DNA of 64,000 bases from Eledone cirrhosa. Its lineage: Eukaryota. The position numbers and the translations under genes were made by a program. The notes beneath the pieces were generated by a model that was given only the letters and a program-made list of their open reading frames with translations, did not search any database and was not told the origin of the DNA. The stretch is from positions 124,372,001-124,436,000 of the forward strand of contig OZ024744.1 in NCBI GenBank assembly GCA_964016885.1, in the 5' to 3' direction. Of the stretch, positions 57,101 to 64,000 are shown piece after piece. How positions within the stretch are numbered: position 1 is the stretch's first letter; the number at the start of each line of letters is the position of its first letter.

Positions 57101-60100
57101 TATGTACTGTGTACTTGTTGTGCCACCTACATGACTACTTTACAGTGTGTACTGGGTACTATTTGTCATGACACCTACATGACCACTTTACAGTGTGGAA
57201 TGGGTACTTTTTGTCATGACACCTTCATGACCACTTTACAGTATGTACTGGGTATTTTGTGTTGTGACACCTACATGACCACTTTATAGTGTGTACTGGG
57301 TACTTTTTGTTGTGACACGTACATGACCACTTTACAGTGTGTACTGAGTACTTTTTGTTGTGACACCTACATGACCACTTTACAGTATGGACTGGGTACT
57401 TTTTGTTGTGACACCTTCATAACCACTTTACAGTATGTACTGAGTAATTTTTGTTGTTACACCTACATGACCACTTTACAGTGTGTACTGGGTACTTTTT
57501 GTCATGACAGCTTCATGACCACTTTACAGTATGTACTGGGTACTTTTTGTTGTGACACCTACATGACCACTTTACAGTGTGGACTGGGTAATTTTTGTTG
57601 TGACACCTACATGACCACTTTACAGTGTGGAATGGCTACTTTTTCTCATGACACCTTCATAACCACTTTACAGTATGTACTGAGTAATTTTTGTTGTGAC
57701 ACCTACATGACTACTTTACAGTGTGTACTGGGTACTTTTTGTCATGAGACCTTCAATACCACTTTACAGTATGTACTGGGTACTTTTTGTTGTGAAACCT
57801 GAATGACTACTTTACAGTGTGTACTGGGTACTATTTGTCAGGACACCTACATGACCACTTTACAGTGTGGACTGGGTAGTTTTTGTTGTGACACCTACAT
57901 GACTACTTTACAGTGTGGACTGGGAACTTTTTGTTGTGACACCTACATGACCACTTTACTGTGTGTACTGGGTACTTTTCGTTGTGACACCTACATGACC
58001 ACTTTACAGTAAGGACTGGGTACTTTTTGTTGTGACACCTTCATAACCACTTTACAGTATGTACTGAGTAATTTTTGTTTTTACACCTACATGACCACTT
58101 TACAGTGTGTACTGGGTACTTTTTGTCATGAGACCTTCATGACCACTTTACAGTATGTACTGGGTACTTTTTGTTGTGACACCTACATGACCACTTTACA
58201 GTGTGGACTGCGTAGTTTTTGTTGTGACACCTACATGACCACTTTACAGTGTGTACTGGGTACTTTTTGTGGTGCCATCTACATGACCACTTTACAGTGT
58301 GTACTGGATACTTTTTGTCATGACACCTACATGACCACTTTACTGTGTGTACTGGGTGCTTTTCGTTGTGCCACCTACATGACTACTTTACAGTGTGGAA
58401 TAGGTACTTTTTATCATGACACCTTCATAACCACTTTACAGTATGTACTGAGTAATTTTTGTTGTGACACCTACATGACCACTTTACAGTGTGGAATGGG
58501 TACTTTTTGTCATGATACCTTCATGACCACTTTACAGTATGTACTGGGTACTTTTTGTTGTGACACCTACATGACCACTTTACAGTGTGTACTGTGTACT
58601 TTTTGTTGTGACATCTATATAACCACTTTACAGTGTGGAATGGGTACTTTTTGTTGTGACACCTACATGACCACTTTACAGTGTGTACTGGGTACTTTTT
58701 GTTGGGACACCTACCTGACCACTTTGCAGTGTATACTCGGTACTTTTTGTTGTGACACCTACATGACCACTTTACAGTGTGGACTGGGTACATTTTGTTG
58801 TGACACCTACATGACCACTTTACAGTGTGTACTGGGTACTTTTTGTTGTGACACCTACATGACCACTTTACAGTGTGGACTGGGTACATTTTGTTGTGAC
58901 ACCTACATGACCACTTTACAGTGTGTACTGGGTACTTTTTGTTGTGACACCTACATGACCACTTTACAGTGTGGACTGGGTACTTTTTGTTGTGACACCT
59001 ACATGACCACTTTACTGTGTGTACTGGGTACTTTTTGTTGTGACACCTACATGACTACTTTACAGTGTGGACTGGGTAATTTATGTCATGACACCTACAT
59101 GACCACACATTGTAGACTGGGTACTTTTTGTCATAACACCTATATGACCGCTTTACAGTATGTACTGTGTACTTGTTGTGCCACCTACATGACTACTTTA
59201 CAGTGTGTACTGGGTACTATTTGTCATGACACCTACATGACCACTTTACAGTGTGGAATGGGTACTTTTTGTCATGACACCTTCATGACCACTTTACAGT
59301 ATGTACTGGGTATTTTGTGTTGTGACACCTACATGACCACTTTATAGTATGGACTGGGTAGTTTTTGTTGTGACTCCTACATGACCACATTACAGTGTGT
59401 ACTGGGTACTTTTTGTTGTGACACGTACATGACCACTTTACAGTGTGTACTGAGTACTTTTTGTTGTGACACCTACATGACCCCTTTACAGTATGGACTG
59501 GGTACTTTTTGTTGTGACACCTTCATAACCACTTTACAGTATGTACTGAGTAATTTTTGTTGTTAAACCTACATGACCACTTTACAGTGTGTACTGGGTA
59601 CTTTTTGTCATGACAGCTTCATGACCACTTTACAGTATATACTGGGTACTTTTTGTTGTGACACCTACATGACCACTTTACAGTGTGGACTGGGTAATTT
59701 TTGTTGTGACACCTACATGACCACTTTACAGTGTGGAATGGCTACTTTTTCTCATGACACCTTCATAACCACTTTACAGTATGTACTGAGTAACTTTTGT
59801 TGTGACACCTACATGACTACTTTACAGTATGTACTGGGTACTTTTTGTTGTGAAACCTGAATGACTACTTTACAGTGTGTACTGGGTACTATTTGTCAGG
59901 ACACCTACATGACCACTTTACAGTGTGGACTGGGTAGTTTTTGTTGTGACACCTACATGACTACTTTACAGTGTGGACTGGGAACTTTTTGTTGTGACAC
60001 CTACATGACCACTTTACTGTGTGTACTGGGTACTTTTCGTTGTGACACCTACATGACCACTTTACAGTAAGGACTGGGTACTTTTTGTTGTGACACCTTC

Positions 60101-60400
60101 ATAACCACTTTACAGTATGTACTGAGTAATTTTTGTTGTTACACCTACATGACCACTTTACAGTGTGTACTGGGTACTTTTTGTCATGAGACCTTCATGA
60201 CCACTTTACAGTATGTACTGGGTACATTTTGTTGTGACACCTACATGACCACTTTACAGTGTGGACTGCGTAGTTTTTGTTGTGACACCTACATGACCAC
60301 TTTACAGTGTGTACTGGGTACTTTTTGTGGTGCCATCTACATGACCACTTTACAGTGTGTACTGGATACTTTTTGTCATGACACCTACATGACCACTTTA
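54200..60400. repeat. Three tandem ~2.06-kb higher-order units within the satellite
   Basis: Rare variants GAAACCTGAATG and CAGTAAGGAC recur at a spacing of 2058 (ORF starts 55745/57803/59861 and 56033/58091/60149). Outer boundaries are approximate. Confidence 0.9.
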
Positions 60401-63400
60401 CTGTGTGTACTGGGTACTTTTTGTTGTGACACCTACATGACCACTTTACAGTTTCTACTGGATACTTTTTGTCATGACACCTACATGATCACTTTACTGA
60501 GTGTACTGGGTACTTTCTGTTGTGACGTGGACTGGGTATTTTGTCTTGTAACACCTACATGACTACTTTGCAGTGTGGACTGGGTACTTTTTGTGATGAC
60601 ACCTACATGACCACTTTACTGTGTGTACTGAGTACTTTTTGTCATAACACTTACATTACTACTTTACAGTGTGTACTGGATACTTTTTGTCATGACACCT
60701 ACATGACCACTTTACTGTGTGTACTGGGTACTTTTTGTTGTGACACCTACATGACCACTTTACAGTGTGGACTGGGTACTTTTTGTGATGACACCTACAT
60801 GACCACTTTACTGTGTGTACTGGGTACTTTTTGTCATAACACTTACATTACTACTTTACAGTGTGTACTGGGTACCATTTGTCATGAGACTACATGACCA
60901 CTTTACAGTGTGTACTGGGTGCTTGTTGTTGTGCCACCTACATGACTACTTTACAGTATGCACTGGGTACTTTTTGTTGTAAAACCTACATGACCACTTT
61001 ACAGTGTGGAATAGGTACTTTTTATCATGACACCTTCATAACCACTTTACAGTATGTACTGGGTACTTTTTGTTGTGACACCTACATGACCACTTTACAG
61101 TGTGTACTGTGTACTTTTTGTTGTGACACCTACATGACCACTTTACAGTGTGTACTGGGTACTTGTTGTTGTGACGCCTACATGACCACTTTCCAGTGTT
61201 TACTGGGTATTTTTTGTAATGACACCTACATGACCACTCTACAGTGTGTACTGGGTACTTTTTGTTTTGACACCTACATGACTAATTTACAATGTGTACT
61301 GGGTACTTCTTGTTGTAACACCTACATGATCACTTTACAGTGTGGACTGGGTACATTTTGTTGTGACACCTACATGACCCCTTTACTGTGTGTACTGGGT
61401 ACTTTTTGTGCCACCTACATGACTACTTTACAGTGTGGAATAGGTACTTTTTATCATGACACCTTCATAACCACTTTACAGTATGTACTGAGTAATTTTT
61501 GTTGTGACACCTACATGACCACTTTACAGTGTGTACTGAGTACTTTTTGTTGTGACATCTATATAACCACTTTACAGTGTGGAATGGGTACTTTTTGTTG
61601 TGACACCTATATGACCACTTTACAGTGTGTACTGGGTACATTTTGTTGGGACACCTACATGACCACTTTGCAGTGTATACTCAGTACTTTTTGTTGTGAC
61701 ACCTACATGACCACTTTACAGTGTGGACTGGGTACATTTTGTTGTGACACCTACATGACCACTTTACAGTGTGTACTGGGTACTTTTTCTTGTGACACCT
61801 ACATGACCACTTTACAGTGTGGACTGGGTACATTTTGTTGTGACACCTACATGACCACTTTACAGTGTGTACTGGGTACTTTTTGTTGTGACACCTACAT
61901 GACCACTTTACAGTGTGGACTGGGTACTTTTTGTTGTGACACCTACATGACCACTTTACTGTGTGTACTGGGTACTTTTTGTTGTGACACCTACATGACT
62001 ACTTTACAGTGTGGACTGGGTAATTTATGTCATGACACCTACATGACCACACATTGTAGACTGGGTACTTTTTGTCATAACACCCATATGACCGCTTTAC
62101 AGTATGTACTGTGTACTTGTTGTGCCACCTACATGACTACTTTACAGTGTGGAATGGGTACTTTTTGTCATGACACCTTCATGACCACTTTACAGTATGT
62201 ACTGGGTATTTTGTGTTGTGACACCTACATGACCACTTTACAGTGTGGACTGGGTAGTTTTTGTTGTGACTCCTACATGACCACTTTACAGTGTGTACTG
62301 GGTACTTTTTGTTGTGACACCTACATTACCACTTTACAGTGTGTACTGGGTACTTTTTGCTGTGACACCTACATGACCACTTTACAGTGTGTACTGGGTA
62401 CTTTTTGTTGTGACACCTACATGACCACTTTACAGTGTGGACTGGGTAATTTTTGTTGTGACACCTACATGACCACTTTACAGTGTGGACTGGGTACTTT
62501 TTGTTGTGACACCTACATGACTACTTTACAGTGTGGACTGGGTACTTTTTGTTGTGACACCTACATGACCACTTTACTGTGTGTACTGGGTACTTTTTGT
62601 TGTGACACCTACATGACTACTTTACAGTGTGGACTGGGTAATTTATGTCATGACACCTACATGACCACACATTGTAGACTGGTTACATTTTGTCATAACA
62701 CCTACATGACCACTTTACAGTATGTACTGGGTACTTTTGTGCCACCTACATGACTACTTTACAGTGTGTACTGGGTACTATTTGTCAGGACACCTACATG
62801 ACCACTTTACAGTGTGGATGGGTACTTTTTCTCATGACACCTTCATAACCACTTTACAGTATGTACTGAGTAAATTTTGTTGTGACACCTACATGACCAC
62901 TTTACAGTGTGGACTGGGTACATTTTGTTGTGACTCCTTCATGTCCACTTTACAGTGTGTACTGGGTACTTTTTGTTGTGACACCTACATGACCACTTTA
63001 CAGTGTGGACTGGGTACATTTTGTTGTGACACCTACATGACCACTTTACAGTGTGTACTGGGTACTTTTTGTTGTGACACCTACATGACCACTTTACAGT
63101 GTGGACTGGGTACTTTTTGTTGTGACACCTACATGACTGCTTTACAGTGTGGACTGGGTAATTTATGTCATGACACCTACATGACCACACATTGTAGACT
63201 GGGTACTTTTTGTCATAACACCTACATGACCGCTTTACAGTATGTACTGTGTACTTGTTGTGCCACCTACATGACTACTTTACAGTGTGTACTGGGTACT
63301 ATTTATCATGAGACCTTCATGACCACTTTACAGTATGTACTGGGTACTTTTTGTTGTGACACCTACATGACTACTTTACAGTGTGTACTGGGTACTTTTT

Positions 63401-64000
63401 GTCATGAGACCTTCATGACCACTTTACAGTATGTACTGGGTACTTTTTGTTGTGACACCTACATGACCACTTTACAGTGTGGACTGCGTAATTTTTGTTG
63501 TGACACCTACATGACCACTTTACAGTGTGTACTGGGTACTTTTTGTGGTGCCATCTACATGACCACTTTACAGTGTGTACTGGATACTTTTTGTCATGAC
63601 ACCTACATGACCACTTTACTGTGTGTACTGGGTACTTTTTGTTGTGACACCTACATGACCACTTTACAGTGTGTACTGGATACTTTTTGTCATGACACCT
63701 ACATGATCACTTTACTGAGTGTACTGGGTACTTTCTGTTGTGACGTGGACTGGGTATTTTGTCTTGTAACACCTACATGACTACTTTGCAGTGTGGACTG
63801 GGTACTTTTTGTGATGACACGTACATGACCACTTTACTGTGTGTAGTGTGTACTTTTTGTCATAACACTTACATTACTACTTTACAGTGTGTACTGGGTA
63901 CCATTTGTCATGAGAGTACATGACCACTTTACAGTGTGTACTGGGTGCTTGTTGTTGTGCCACCTACATGACTACTTTACAGTATGCACTGGGTACTTTT

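Larger units (their letters stand above)
11757..64000. repeat. 48-bp tandem satellite, over 52 kb and about 1,090 monomers, continuing past the window end; consensus GACACCTACATGACCACTTTACAGTGTGTACTGGGTACTTTTTGTTGT
   Basis: Uninterrupted head-to-tail monomers in one orientation, with recurrent point variants and 45/47-bp length variants. The unit count is array length divided by 48. Confidence 0.99.

Noticed and set aside
11657-63780. Dozens of Cys/Thr-rich ORFs (MTTLQCVLGTFCCDTY)n up to 696 aa, suggesting a metallothionein- or keratin-like repeat protein
   Set aside because: The monomer is 48 bp (16 codons) with a stop-free frame, so long ORFs are automatic. Stops and 1- or 4-bp frameshifts are common and are copied along with the higher-order repeats. 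The first ORF starts inside an antisense retroposon UTR. Frequent 3-bp deletions are slippage at short internal repeats.
11757-64000. CRISPR-like or diversity-generating repeat array
   Set aside because: There are no unique spacers and no cas genes, and the context is eukaryotic. Variation is point changes shared among duplicated blocks.
11757-64000. Ribozyme-bearing satellite like the newt or schistosome hammerhead satellites
   Set aside because: No CUGANGA/GAAA hammerhead core on either strand of the monomer, and no convincing HDV-like fold by eye. An Infernal scan would be definitive.
11757-64000. Canonical recursive-splicing ratchet points
   Set aside because: Monomers read CAG|TG, not the required AG|GT juxtaposition.

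Overview
Animal genomic DNA, most likely an octopus or related cephalopod (inferred from the repeat families, not proven). Four phase-compatible coding exons (1691-1901, 2805-2994, 4199-4329, 10632-10716, + strand) encode the linker and first WD40 repeats of PIK3R4/VPS15. The introns hold decayed transposons: a CR1-type 3' end, a Penelope RT, tRNA-head SINEs, RTE LINEs, a hAT/Buster transposase and an internally deleted mariner with 100-bp TIRs. From about 11,757 to the window end (over 52 kb, roughly 1,090 units) runs a 48-bp tandem satellite, probably intronic. Its origin is visible in the window. The monomer is the reverse complement of a short unit present as about 1.5-2 copies in an RTE LINE 3' UTR (6736-6808) and in a related short element (7024-7098). 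The array grows directly out of an antisense copy of that 3' end (11615-11800). The array has layered higher-order repeats (about 6-mer cassettes, 1.8-2.2 kb units, a near-identical 9.3-kb tandem duplication), and its main variants look like CpG-deamination products. The many Cys-rich ORFs arise because the monomer is 16 codons long; they are not genes.
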